Shown in pieces: positions 26,414 to 33,902 of a stretch of DNA of 33,902 bases; position 1 is the stretch's first letter, and every line of letters starts with the position of its first letter. This DNA is from Planctomycetota bacterium (GTDB lineage Bacteria > Planctomycetota > UBA1135 > UBA2386), in the NCBI GenBank assembly GCA_036724695.1, contig DAIMFJ010000001.1, forward strand, positions 1-33,902, given 5' to 3'. The position numbers were made by a program, and so were the translations under genes. The notes under the pieces are model-generated. The model was given only the letters and a program-made list of their open reading frames with translations. It was not told the origin of the DNA and did not search any database.

Positions 26414-27024
26414 CGGGAGGTCTCCAGGGATGGGGTCGCGGTGGCGGGCGCGCGTCTGGCGTGTTCGGCGCGGTATTCGACGGGCACGGGCTCGGCGAGC
26501 TCGTAGGTGAGGCGACGGTCGCGCCACTGCAGCTGCACGACGGCGCGTTCGATGCGCACGACGATGGCTTCGCCGATCGCATCGCCGACGCCGACGACGC
26601 GGCCGGCGACGACAGCGCGGCGGCTGTCCTCGCTGACCATCACGACGCCGACCGTCAGGAACGGTGGCGCGTCGCCGCTCCAGGCGCCGGCGGGCCTGGT
26701 CTCGGCCAGTGGTGCTGGCACAGGGGCGGCTGCCTCCGGAGCAACCGCGAACAACGCCGGCAATTCGGCGGACTTGCGCCAGACGCCGAACTCGGCGACC
26801 AGATCGCGGCCAGGGCCGCTGTCCGCCTCGACGGTCGTTTGCTCGTCTGCGTCGGCTTCTGGATCCAGCCACTGCTGCACGGCATCGGCGACCGCGGCCG
26901 TCTTGGCCCCGAGGTTCCCGCCCGAACCGGCGAGCGAACTCCAGGCGACGTACCCGCCGACGGCCAACAGGCACGCGGCGAACCACGGCTGCTGGGTCAG
27001 ACGCTTCTTGACGGGTTTCTTCAT
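26410..27024 (-). CDS. Single-pass membrane protein, PilP/GspC-HR/MshK-like position and shape
   Basis: ATG 27024 (MKKPVKKRLTQQPWFAACLLAVGGYVAW). The C-terminal beta-rich block is GVVMVSEDSRRAVVAGRVVGVGDAIGEAIVVRIERAVVQLQW. ATGA overlaps link it to genes on both sides. Homology is inferred from architecture only. Confidence 0.6.
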   Translation of the reverse strand: MKKPVKKRLTQQPWFAACLLAVGGYVAWSSLAGSGGNLGAKTAAVADAVQQWLDPEADADEQTTVEADSGPGRDLVAEFGVWRKSAELPALFAVAPEAAAPVPAPLAETRPAGAWSGDAPPFLTVGVVMVSEDSRRAVVAGRVVGVGDAIGEAIVVRIERAVVQLQWRDRRLTYELAEPVPVEYRAEHARRAPATATPSLETSR

Positions 27025-27524
27025 CGTTTGGCCTCGAGGTGGTAGGCCGCGACGACGAAGTCGAAGTCGACGCGATCGCCGGGGACCGGGCGGAGCTTGA
27101 CTGTGCCGATCGAGAACAGCCGGGAGTGACCCTCGAGCTCGGCGAGGAACGCGCAGCACGCGGGCAGTGCCGCGGTACCGCTGAACTGGAACGAGGTGCG
27201 ACCGGCCTCGGTCGACGGATTCGGACGGCAACCGCGCGAGGTCACGGCGTGGCGTTCGGCCAGCGACAGCACGAGGTCGAGCGTCTCGGCGACCGCCGGT
27301 TGATCCGCGAGTCGGGGCCCGACCGGCTTGGTCTCGACGACCGGGGCCGCGGCCTCCGGCGCCGGATCGGGTTCGAGTCCGGTCGGACCGACGTCGACCA
27401 CGGTGGACTGCAGGCGGGCGGCGGCGTCGTGATGCAACCAGGACATGGCCCCCGCAGCGAGCACGGCCAGGCCGGCGCAACCGTAGGTGACCGCGGACCA
27501 GACCGTTTGACGATCGAAGCGCAT
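27021..27524 (-). CDS. PilO/GspM/MshJ-like bitopic assembly protein
   Basis: ATG 27524 (MRFDRQTVWSAVTYGCAGLAVLAAGAMSW, TM segment). A Pro/Ala linker is followed by a ferredoxin-like C-terminal block (FQFSGTAALPACCAFLAELEGHSRLFSIGTVKLRP...FDFVVAAYHLE). Confidence 0.6.
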   Translation of the reverse strand: MRFDRQTVWSAVTYGCAGLAVLAAGAMSWLHHDAAARLQSTVVDVGPTGLEPDPAPEAAAPVVETKPVGPRLADQPAVAETLDLVLSLAERHAVTSRGCRPNPSTEAGRTSFQFSGTAALPACCAFLAELEGHSRLFSIGTVKLRPVPGDRVDFDFVVAAYHLEAKR

Positions 27525-28927
27525 CAGCCGTTCCTCCACTGCAGTTCCGCGGTGAACCGGTAGCCGTGCGGCAGCCCGGTCCATTCGACGATCTCCTCGC
27601 CACTGCCGCTGCGCACGTACGGCAAGGCCCGCACGCCGCGCAGGAACCGCGCCAGCTTGTCGAGGGCCTCGCGACGCGAGGCCCCACCGACGTAGCCGCC
27701 GATGCGGATCCGGTCGTCGTTGCCGGTCTCGAAGTTGTCCAGACGGACTTCGCCGGCGTCGCCGGCGAGGTCGGCCAACAGCAGGCTGTAGGGGCGGCGG
27801 CGGCCCAAGGCGCGCGCGAGTTGTTCGGCGTGGGCCTGTTGCGCCGGATCGACCGCAGCCTCGGCATCCGGACCGGCGAGGCGGCTGGCCAACGCCTCCT
27901 CCTGCAGCCTCGCGATCTCCTGCAGCTGCGCTTCGGCGGCGCGCCAGGCGCCGTGCTGTTGCGCGCCGAACCACGCGGCGGCCCCGAACACCGCGATCGC
28001 GCCGGTCATGCCGAGCACGCGGCCGACCGAGACCGGCACGATGACCCGTTGCGTCGACAGCATCGAGCCCGGGGCGACACCGCGGCAGATCGCGTTCAGG
28101 AGGGCGCTGGTGGCCAGCGATGGCCGCGCCGAGCCTTCGTCGACGGGGATGTCGATGTCGACCCCTCTCGTCGGCGGCAGCGCCGTCGGATCGGCCTGCA
28201 CGGCTTGCAGCGCCGCATGGGCGCGCGGACCGAGGGTCATGCCGGCGATCTCGCCGAGGCCGGCCTCGCGCAGCCAATCGAGCGTGCGCGGCAGTTCGAG
28301 CTGCAACTGCATCCCGGCCGCTTCCGCGTCGGCACTGCCGTTGCCGGTCATGAAGCGCCGCACCTGCACGACGTCGCCGCCGTCGCAGACGACGAAGCGG
28401 GTGCGGCCGCACCCGGTCTCCACGACGGCGGTGCGTTGCTTGCCGGTCGCCGCCAGGGCGAGACAGGCCTCCGTCGAGTACGCGCCGACCGCGGTGAGCT
28501 TGGCGGCCTGCAGCATGCGCAGCACCGGCTCCCAGACCTGCTTGGGCATCGCCGCCAACGCGAACTGCAGCTTGCCGCCGCGCCGCTGCACGGGGCCGAC
28601 GCCGCGCAGCACCTCGGTCGGCGCGCCGACCGAGCAGAGGCGCATCGCCTCGCGGGCGACCAGTTCCTGCAGCTCGGCGGCGGGCAGGTTGGGCACGTCG
28701 CAGCGATGGTGCTGGATGCGGCGATCGCCGAGCACGACGTGCACCGGGGCACCCTCGGGCAGACGGTCGACACGCAGCGCCGACAAGGCGCCAGCCAACG
28801 TCGCTGGCGATTGGTCGGTCAGCGGCACATACGACGTGAAGGACGAGACGATCCGACGACCGCGGCGTTGGGCCACGGTGACGGTCAGCGCCCCTTCCTC
28901 CAGTTCGACGACGGCGAGGATGTTCAT
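27524..28927 (-). CDS. PilM-PilN fusion (GspL/MshI-like) assembly protein
   Basis: 467 aa. An N-terminal ~300-aa actin-like cytoplasmic domain is followed by a TM segment (VLGMTGAIAVFGAAAWFGA), a coiled coil and a PilN-like periplasmic domain (VRLDNFETGNDDRIRIGGYVGGASRREALDKLARFLRGV). A TGATG overlap links it to the next gene. Confidence 0.75.
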   Translation of the reverse strand: MNILAVVELEEGALTVTVAQRRGRRIVSSFTSYVPLTDQSPATLAGALSALRVDRLPEGAPVHVVLGDRRIQHHRCDVPNLPAAELQELVAREAMRLCSVGAPTEVLRGVGPVQRRGGKLQFALAAMPKQVWEPVLRMLQAAKLTAVGAYSTEACLALAATGKQRTAVVETGCGRTRFVVCDGGDVVQVRRFMTGNGSADAEAAGMQLQLELPRTLDWLREAGLGEIAGMTLGPRAHAALQAVQADPTALPPTRGVDIDIPVDEGSARPSLATSALLNAICRGVAPGSMLSTQRVIVPVSVGRVLGMTGAIAVFGAAAWFGAQQHGAWRAAEAQLQEIARLQEEALASRLAGPDAEAAVDPAQQAHAEQLARALGRRRPYSLLLADLAGDAGEVRLDNFETGNDDRIRIGGYVGGASRREALDKLARFLRGVRALPYVRSGSGEEIVEWTGLPHGYRFTAELQWRNG

Positions 28928-28937
28928 GCGAGGATGC

Positions 28938-29591
28938 TCAAAGGGTGATGTCGTCCGCCGTACCCAGGGTGCGGTCCGGGCCGCCGCTGCGCAGCGTGTA
29001 GGTGGTGGCGTCCCACGCGAACGAACGGCCCCAACCGTCGTTCTGGTACTCGTTGCCGAGCCCGAGGTTGGTCCGCACGGTGGTCCAGTTGCCGGTGACC
29101 ACGCCGCCGGCCTCGATGTGGTCGGCGAGCCGTTCGACGATCAGCCGCAGCTTCTGCGCGGTGCGGCGCATCGCCGGGGCGGCGCCGTGCACGACGAGAA
29201 CGAGGTCGTCGCCGGCACCGGCGTTGTCGCGGCGGTTCTCGCCGATCGCGTGCACGGTGGCGGTGTTCGCGACGGTGTCGATGCGGTAGCGGTAGGGTGC
29301 GCTGGCGGCCGCGAACGGATCGGCGATCGCGGTCGTACCGACCCGCGGCTGCAGGTGCACGCCGAGGAATCCGGCGTCGGCGAGCGACGGCGGGAACGCC
29401 GCGCGTTCGAAGTAGTAGGCCTCGAGCGCTTCGCCGATCGCCGCCAGTTCGGACTGGGCCTCCTGGCGACGGTTGGCGTCGAGCGCGGCATTGGCCAGCG
29501 GGGCGGCCGCCCCGATCAGGATGCCGAGCACACCCAGCACGACGACCAGTTCGACCAAGGTGAAACCGCGGGAACGTTCACATGTCGTCAT
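28938..29591 (-). CDS. Pseudopilin / type IV pilin-like protein with a prepilin N-methylation motif
   Basis: ORF 28938-29762, trimmed to ATG 29591 (GGAGGA 5 nt upstream). The N-terminus MTTCERSRGFTLVELVVVLGVLGILIG has the G/F cleavage site and Glu at +5. The GspG-like tail is LRSGGPDRTLGTADDITL. Confidence 0.85.
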   Translation of the reverse strand: MTTCERSRGFTLVELVVVLGVLGILIGAAAPLANAALDANRRQEAQSELAAIGEALEAYYFERAAFPPSLADAGFLGVHLQPRVGTTAIADPFAAASAPYRYRIDTVANTATVHAIGENRRDNAGAGDDLVLVVHGAAPAMRRTAQKLRLIVERLADHIEAGGVVTGNWTTVRTNLGLGNEYQNDGWGRSFAWDATTYTLRSGGPDRTLGTADDITL

Positions 29592-30405
29592 CGGTTCCTC
29601 CAGCGCGGTCCCCGCCGCGCGCCACGAAGCCGAGCACCGGGTCGACGGCCATCGCTTGTCCGAGCGCGCCGACGGCGCGGGTGTCGGGCAGCCCGAGCGC
29701 CGCCAACAAGCCGGTTCCGCCATGCATGCCCACCGGCAGCGGCGACAGTCCGAACGACGCACTGGTGTCGACGACGAACTGCTGCCCTGCCGCGATCTGC
29801 GTGGTCAGCGCAGCGCGGGTCGCAGGATCGGCGAAGTACCAACTGCGCCTGGCAACCGCCAACTGGCGCATCGCCGCGACCATCTGCTGGCGCGTCGCGG
29901 TCGGCATGAAGACACTGTTCCGGAACGAGCTGTCGGTCAGCACGGCCTGTACTTTGGTGGCGTCTTGCCCGGCCCGTTGTTGGCGCTGGCGACCGTGGTG
30001 GCGTTGGCGCTTTTGCGCGTAGGCCTGCACGACCAGCACGTCGTCGTCGGCGGTGCGCAAGCGACCGTCCGGACCGCGGCTGCGCAGTTCGAGGTTGCGT
30101 TGCCGGATCCGGTAGTCGAGGTCGGTGCCCGCCCCCCAGGGATCCCGCCGCCATTCGGCGTTCGCGGCGCCGTTCGGCAGGGCGGCCAGGTTGGTCGGCA
30201 AGACGCCGGTCAACCGATATTGGCCGGCAGCCGTCGCCGCGACCGCGACGAGCCGCTCGGCGGCGACCGCCGGCAACGCGGTGGATCGACACACGAGGCC
30301 GTCGAGGGCCACGGCGCCGACCAACCCGACCACGCTCGTCAGCACGAGCAGGGCCACGTAGGCGAACCCGCCCTGGCTGGCGGTGCGTGCTGCGGGCGCG
30401 CTCAT
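29578..30405 (-). CDS. Atypical minor pseudopilin-like protein (no Glu5, basic low-complexity insert)
   Basis: ATG 30405 overlaps the gspF-like stop as ATGA. The N-terminus is MSAPAARTASQGGFAYVALLVLTSVVGLVG, with GF followed by a hydrophobic helix but Ala at +5. There are two GspG-tail-like motifs (RSRGPDGRLRTADDDV and ARGGDRAGGTDDDM) and the insert KRQRHHGRQRQQR. Confidence 0.6.
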   Translation of the reverse strand: MSAPAARTASQGGFAYVALLVLTSVVGLVGAVALDGLVCRSTALPAVAAERLVAVAATAAGQYRLTGVLPTNLAALPNGAANAEWRRDPWGAGTDLDYRIRQRNLELRSRGPDGRLRTADDDVLVVQAYAQKRQRHHGRQRQQRAGQDATKVQAVLTDSSFRNSVFMPTATRQQMVAAMRQLAVARRSWYFADPATRAALTTQIAAGQQFVVDTSASFGLSPLPVGMHGGTGLLAALGLPDTRAVGALGQAMAVDPVLGFVARGGDRAGGTDDDM

Positions 30406-31604
30406 TGGCCGATGCCTCGCAGGGCCGAGTAGATGGTGCCGATGACGATCACCGCGACGCCGCCGACCACCAGGCCCAGACCGACCGTGACGATCGGCTC
30501 GAGCAGCGACAGGGCTCGTTTGACCTTCTCCTTGACCTCGCGATCGTAGAGCTTGCCGAGCCGTGCGAACGTGGTCGGCAGGCGGCCCGCCTCCTCGCCG
30601 ACGCGCACCATGCTCAGCGCCACCGGCGGCAGCAGCTCGTACTGGCCGACGGCCTCGCCGAGGCGGGCCCCACCGAGGATGCGGTCGTGGACCTGCTTGA
30701 TGCGTTCGCACGGGCCGCGCATGCCGACCGTCGCCGCGGTCAGGTCGAGCGCATGCGGCATCGACAAGCCGGCTTGCAACAGCACGCCGAAGGTGCGACA
30801 GAACTGGGCGATGGCGAGCGTTTCGAGCACCGGGCCGAACAGTGGCGCGCGCGCTGCCAGGCTGGCCAGGGCAACGCGCGATGCGTCGACCCGCATCGCC
30901 TGGAGGAAGGCCACGATCGCCACGGCGGTGCCGACCAGCACCATCGGCAGGTTGGTCGAGATGAAGTCCGAGGCGGCGAGCAGCATCTTGCTCGCCGGCG
31001 GCAGTTCGCCCCCCAGCTTGTCGAGCACCGTGCCGATGCGCGGCACGACGAACGACAGCAGGAACAGGATCATCGCATAGCCGGCGAACGCGACGACCAG
31101 CGGGTAGACCATCGCCTGGCGCACGACGCCGGTGATCTCCAGGCGCCACTCCAGGAACCCCGCCAGCGACTCGAGCACCTGCGGGAGGCTGCCGGACTGC
31201 TCGCCGGCCTTGACCAACGCGCAGTAGACGAACGGGAAGGCCCGCGGGTGCTCCTGCAGGGCTTCGGCCAGCTGCTGACCACTGGCGATGCGACGCCCGA
31301 GATCCTCGAGCATCGCCTTGTAGTCGGCTTCCTCGGTCTGCTCGGCGATCGCCGAGAAGGCGACCAGCAGCGGCACGCCGGCGTCGAGCGCGTCGCGCAG
31401 CGACTCGGTGAACAACAGCAGCCGTCGCGGCGTCAAGCGCACGCTCTGGGTCGCGGCGGTCTGGCGTTCGGCGAGCGGTTCGGCGCGCAACAGCACACGC
31501 CCCTGGCGGTGCAGTTCCTCGTGCAGCGACTGGGCGTCGGCGGCCTCGAGGTCGAGGACCGCCGTGCTGCCGTCACGTTCGAGGATCTTCGATTGGAAGC
31601 GCAT
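30402..31604 (-). CDS. gspF: GspF/PilC-family inner-membrane platform protein
   Basis: 400 aa with two T2SSF repeats (FTESLRDALDAGVPLL...AGEQSGSLPQVL and FCRTFGVLLQAGLSMPHAL...GEEAGRLPTTF) and three TM segments. Confidence 0.9.
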   Translation of the reverse strand: MRFQSKILERDGSTAVLDLEAADAQSLHEELHRQGRVLLRAEPLAERQTAATQSVRLTPRRLLLFTESLRDALDAGVPLLVAFSAIAEQTEEADYKAMLEDLGRRIASGQQLAEALQEHPRAFPFVYCALVKAGEQSGSLPQVLESLAGFLEWRLEITGVVRQAMVYPLVVAFAGYAMILFLLSFVVPRIGTVLDKLGGELPPASKMLLAASDFISTNLPMVLVGTAVAIVAFLQAMRVDASRVALASLAARAPLFGPVLETLAIAQFCRTFGVLLQAGLSMPHALDLTAATVGMRGPCERIKQVHDRILGGARLGEAVGQYELLPPVALSMVRVGEEAGRLPTTFARLGKLYDREVKEKVKRALSLLEPIVTVGLGLVVGGVAVIVIGTIYSALRGIGQ

Positions 31605-31646
31605 GGGGGCTGGCCGCGTGGTGGGGCGCGGTGGCGCGGCGCTCGC

Positions 31647-32294
31647 TCAGCGCCGCTGGCTCATCAGGAAGCCGATGTCGTCGCCGGTGATCTCGGTGGT
31701 CGCCGTGGCCGTCGCCGGCGTCTCGATCTGGCCGTTCGGGCCAGCCGACAGCACGAACACCTTCTTGTGGTTGGTCGCGTGCGTCTGGAACGCCGACAGG
31801 ATGTTGACGAGGTACGGGCGACCCCACGGGTCGAGCGGCGTGGCGCCCATGTACGGACCGCGCCACTGCGAGGTGCCGGTGGTCGGGTACGCCCCCGAGG
31901 TCTGGCCCTGCGGGCGGTTGTGCAGGATCTGGTTGTCGATCAGGTCGCCGCGCTGCGCGCTGGCGCCCCACGTGTACCACTGGTGGTTGCCCGTGAACGG
32001 ATTGCTCGTCGGCACGGTCGGTCCGCTGAGCAGCACGTACACCTGGTTGTTGGTGCCGGCGCCGTTGCGGGCGGCGTTGACGCCGACGTCCTTGTTCAGC
32101 GACACGAGCGACGCGGCGATCGTGCGCACCTCGCTCTGGGCGCGGGCGCGACGGCCGTCCTCGATGTAACTGCTCAGCATCGGCACGGCGATGCCGGTCA
32201 GCAGCAGCACGACGGACAGCACGACGATGACCTCGACCAGCGTGAAGCCAGCCTGGCCGTTGACGGGACGACGGTGGTTCGCAGAGGTGCGCAT
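31647..32294 (-). CDS. gspG: Major pseudopilin, GspG-like
   Basis: ORF 31647-32423, trimmed to ATG 32294 (MRTSANHRRPVNGQAGFTLVEVIVVLSVVLLLTGIAVP). GspG hallmarks are WRGPYM, DPWGRPY and the tail SAGPNGQIE...GDDIGF. Confidence 0.85.
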   Translation of the reverse strand: MRTSANHRRPVNGQAGFTLVEVIVVLSVVLLLTGIAVPMLSSYIEDGRRARAQSEVRTIAASLVSLNKDVGVNAARNGAGTNNQVYVLLSGPTVPTSNPFTGNHQWYTWGASAQRGDLIDNQILHNRPQGQTSGAYPTTGTSQWRGPYMGATPLDPWGRPYLVNILSAFQTHATNHKKVFVLSAGPNGQIETPATATATTEITGDDIGFLMSQRR

Positions 32295-32409
32295 GCAAAG
32301 CGCATCGGCGAACGGAACTTCTCGACTTGAGAGTGCCCCGGGAGGCGGAGCGGGGGGCTGCGTGGAGGCCTCGCTAAGGTCCCGCCGGCGATCTTGTCGA
32401 TGCGATGGC

Positions 32410-33902
32410 ATGGCCCGGACCACGCTCGACCTGCTGGATGTCGTCGCCGCCCACCTCGGCGAGGAACGCGCGTTCCTCGAGCACCTGCTCGGTGAAAACC
32501 CTACCTCGGAAGCGGAACTGATCGATGCCTTGCATGCGCGCGGCCTGATCCAGATCGAGCAGGGCTACCGGCTGTGGGCCGAGAGCCTCGGCATGCCGTT
32601 CCATGCCCTCGAGCCGGCCTCGCTCGATCCGCGCGAACTGCACCGCCTGCCGCTGGACGCCGCCAAGCGCCATCGCGCGGTCTCGGTCGGTTTCGACGAC
32701 GGCGTGCTGCAGGTGGCCATCGGCAACCCGTTCGACCTCTTGGCGGTCGACGACTTGCAGGAGGTCGTCGGCCAGCCGATCCAGGTGGTGGTCGCGCCAC
32801 CCGCCGCGATCGATCGCACGCTGGAACGCCTCGGCCGCAGTTCGACCGGCATCGAAGGCCTGATCCAACGCCTGCTGAAGGCCGAGATCGCGGTCGACGC
32901 GGTCAACGACGCCGACAAGCTGCGCCGCATGGTCGGCGACGACGCCGTCGTGCAGCTCGTCGACCACCTGATCGAGGAGGCACTGCGGGCCCGCGCCAGC
33001 GACGTGCACGTCGAACCGCGCCGCGAAGGCCTGCGCATCCGCATCCGCGTCGACGGCGACCTGGAGACGCTCTACGAACTGCCGGCCGGGCTGCACCGCG
33101 CCGTCGTCGCCCGCATCAAGGTGATCGCCGGCATGGACCTCGGCGAGAGCCGCAAACCGCAGGACGGCCGCATCGGCGTCAGCACGACGATCGAGCTGCG
33201 CGCCTCGGTGTTGCCCAGCGTGCTCGGCGAAAAGGCCGTGCTGCGCGTGCTCGACCGCAGCGGCAAGGCGGTCGCGCTCGACGACATCGGCCTGTCCGAC
33301 GCCAACAAGGCGATGTTCCGACGCGGCTTCACCGCGCCGAACGGCGTCGTGCTGCTGACCGGTCCGACCGGCAGCGGCAAAACCACCACGTTGTACGCCG
33401 CGATGCGCGAGCTGAATCGCGACGACTGCAACCTGATCTCGGTCGAGGACCCGGTCGAGTACGAACTGTCCGGCGCGACCCAGGTGCAGGTCGACGTCAA
33501 GGCCGACCGCACGTTCGCGAACGCCCTGCGCGCGATCCTGCGTCAGGATCCCAACGTCGTGATGGTCGGCGAGATCCGCGACGAGGAGACCGCCGGCATC
33601 GCGATCCAGGCCGCCTTGACCGGCCACATGGTGCTCAGCACGCTGCACACCAACGACGCGCTGGCGACGATCCACCGCCTCGTCGACATGGGCGTCGCGC
33701 CGTACCTGCTCGGCGCCGCGCTGCGCTGCGTGGTCGGCCAGCGGCTGGTCGCGCGCATCTGTCCCGACTGCGCCGTCCCCCACCAGCCCGCACCCGAACT
33801 GCTGCGCGAATGCGGTCTCGATCCGGCGACCACCGGGTTCCGTCGCGGGGCCGGCTGCAAGGCCTGCCGCAACCGCGGCCGCCGCGGCCGCGGTTGCGGC
33901 AG
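32410..33902 (+). CDS. gspE: GspE/PilB/MshE-type secretion ATPase; the 3' end lies outside the window
   Basis: Not in the ORF track because it is edge-truncated. ATG 32410 opens MARTTLDLLDVV... with a T2SSE N-terminal domain (AVSVGFDDGVLQVAIGNPFDLLAVDDL). Walker A is GPTGSGKTT at 33361. Further motifs are VVMVGEIRDEET, GHMVLSTLHTND and the tetra-Cys motif CPDC...CKAC. The start codon has no clear SD sequence, so it is uncertain. Confidence 0.9.
   Translation, partial: MARTTLDLLDVVAAHLGEERAFLEHLLGENPTSEAELIDALHARGLIQIEQGYRLWAESLGMPFHALEPASLDPRELHRLPLDAAKRHRAVSVGFDDGVLQVAIGNPFDLLAVDDLQEVVGQPIQVVVAPPAAIDRTLERLGRSSTGIEGLIQRLLKAEIAVDAVNDADKLRRMVGDDAVVQLVDHLIEEALRARASDVHVEPRREGLRIRIRVDGDLETLYELPAGLHRAVVARIKVIAGMDLGESRKPQDGRIGVSTTIELRASVLPSVLGEKAVLRVLDRSGKAVALDDIGLSDANKAMFRRGFTAPNGVVLLTGPTGSGKTTTLYAAMRELNRDDCNLISVEDPVEYELSGATQVQVDVKADRTFANALRAILRQDPNVVMVGEIRDEETAGIAIQAALTGHMVLSTLHTNDALATIHRLVDMGVAPYLLGAALRCVVGQRLVARICPDCAVPHQPAPELLRECGLDPATTGFRRGAGCKACRNRGRRGRGCG
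33864..33902. repeat. Perfect 18-bp inverted repeat with a 3-nt spacer, ending on the last base of the window
   Basis: CTGCCGCAACCGCGGCCG-ccg-CGGCCGCGGTTGCGGCAG, inside the gspE coding frame. Confidence 0.6.

Noticed and set aside
21362-26506. Giant 1714-aa plus-strand ORF
   Set aside because: It is antisense to the DUF1553 and secretin genes. Its composition is dominated by R/G/A/V/D with no recognisable motif. Long stop-free antisense frames are expected at this GC content, and the opposite strand carries clear family signatures.
27361-27385. tRNA T-arm-like string GGTTCGAGTCC
   Set aside because: The flanks cannot form a 5-bp T stem or an acceptor stem, and the site lies inside a well-supported coding frame (PilO-like gene). 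No tRNA could be folded anywhere in the intergenic regions.
32289-32310. GTGCGCATGC...GCGCATCG, resembling the ATGCGCA core of the REP-like repeat
   Set aside because: The match is only 7-8 nt and includes the ATG-CGC-ACC start of the GspG-like gene. It is most likely coincidental in this GC-rich context.
32374-33783. 469-aa minus-strand ORF
   Set aside because: It is antisense to the GspE ATPase, whose Walker A, Walker B, His box and tetra-Cys motifs are unambiguous on the plus strand. The plus-strand ORF is missing from the track only because it runs off the window.

Overview
Very GC-rich, gene-dense 33.9-kb window. Real genes have G/C at almost every third codon position, and the opposite strands carry long stop-free spurious ORFs. 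I call 27 complete and 2 edge-truncated CDS. I saw no rRNA, tRNA, CRISPR array, transposase or integrase. All family assignments come from motif recognition by eye; no searches were run.

Block 1 (122-11879, minus strand) is one co-directional TonB-dependent uptake supercluster. In transcription order it encodes a secreted beta-helix-like protein, a lipoprotein, a TonB-dependent receptor, a DUF3450 (TtpB-like) protein, a long MotA/ExbB-type (TtpC-like) protein, ExbB, ExbD, TonB and a TPR lipoprotein. The last six follow the Vibrio TonB2 layout.

Block 2 (12068-19873) is mixed. It holds an AlkC/AlkD-like HEAT-repeat DNA alkylation repair protein, a secreted hypothetical protein, a SAM methyltransferase and a beta-lactamase-fold hydrolase fused to a PHB-depolymerase-type esterase. 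It also holds a tight plus-strand trio: DUF423, a SelW/Rdx-like selenoprotein, and a GT-B glycosyltransferase.

The selenoprotein gene (18199-18429) is missing from the ORF track because it has an in-frame TGA at the C-x-x-U redox position. A SECIS-like hairpin lies just downstream. The glycosyltransferase starts 2 nt after its stop and resembles the SenB selenosugar-synthase family. I consider this selenium-linked trio the best lead for something undescribed.

Block 3 (19890-33902) is a type II secretion / MSHA-type type IV filament machine. A divergent GspE/PilB ATPase runs off the window. On the minus strand follow a GspG-like major pseudopilin, a GspF platform protein, two more pseudopilins, a PilM-PilN fusion (GspL/MshI-like), a PilO/GspM-like protein, a PilP/GspC-like protein and a lipoprotein secretin with a C-terminal TPR extension. 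Directly downstream is a DUF1549-LamG-DUF1553 protein and a Tat-signal DUF1501 sulfatase-fold protein. That pair is typical of Planctomycetota/PVC genomes, so a PVC origin is inferred but not proven.

Non-coding observations are a REP-like palindromic repeat family, direct repeats upstream of the Ton operon, GC hairpins, and a perfect 18-bp palindrome ending exactly at the window edge.
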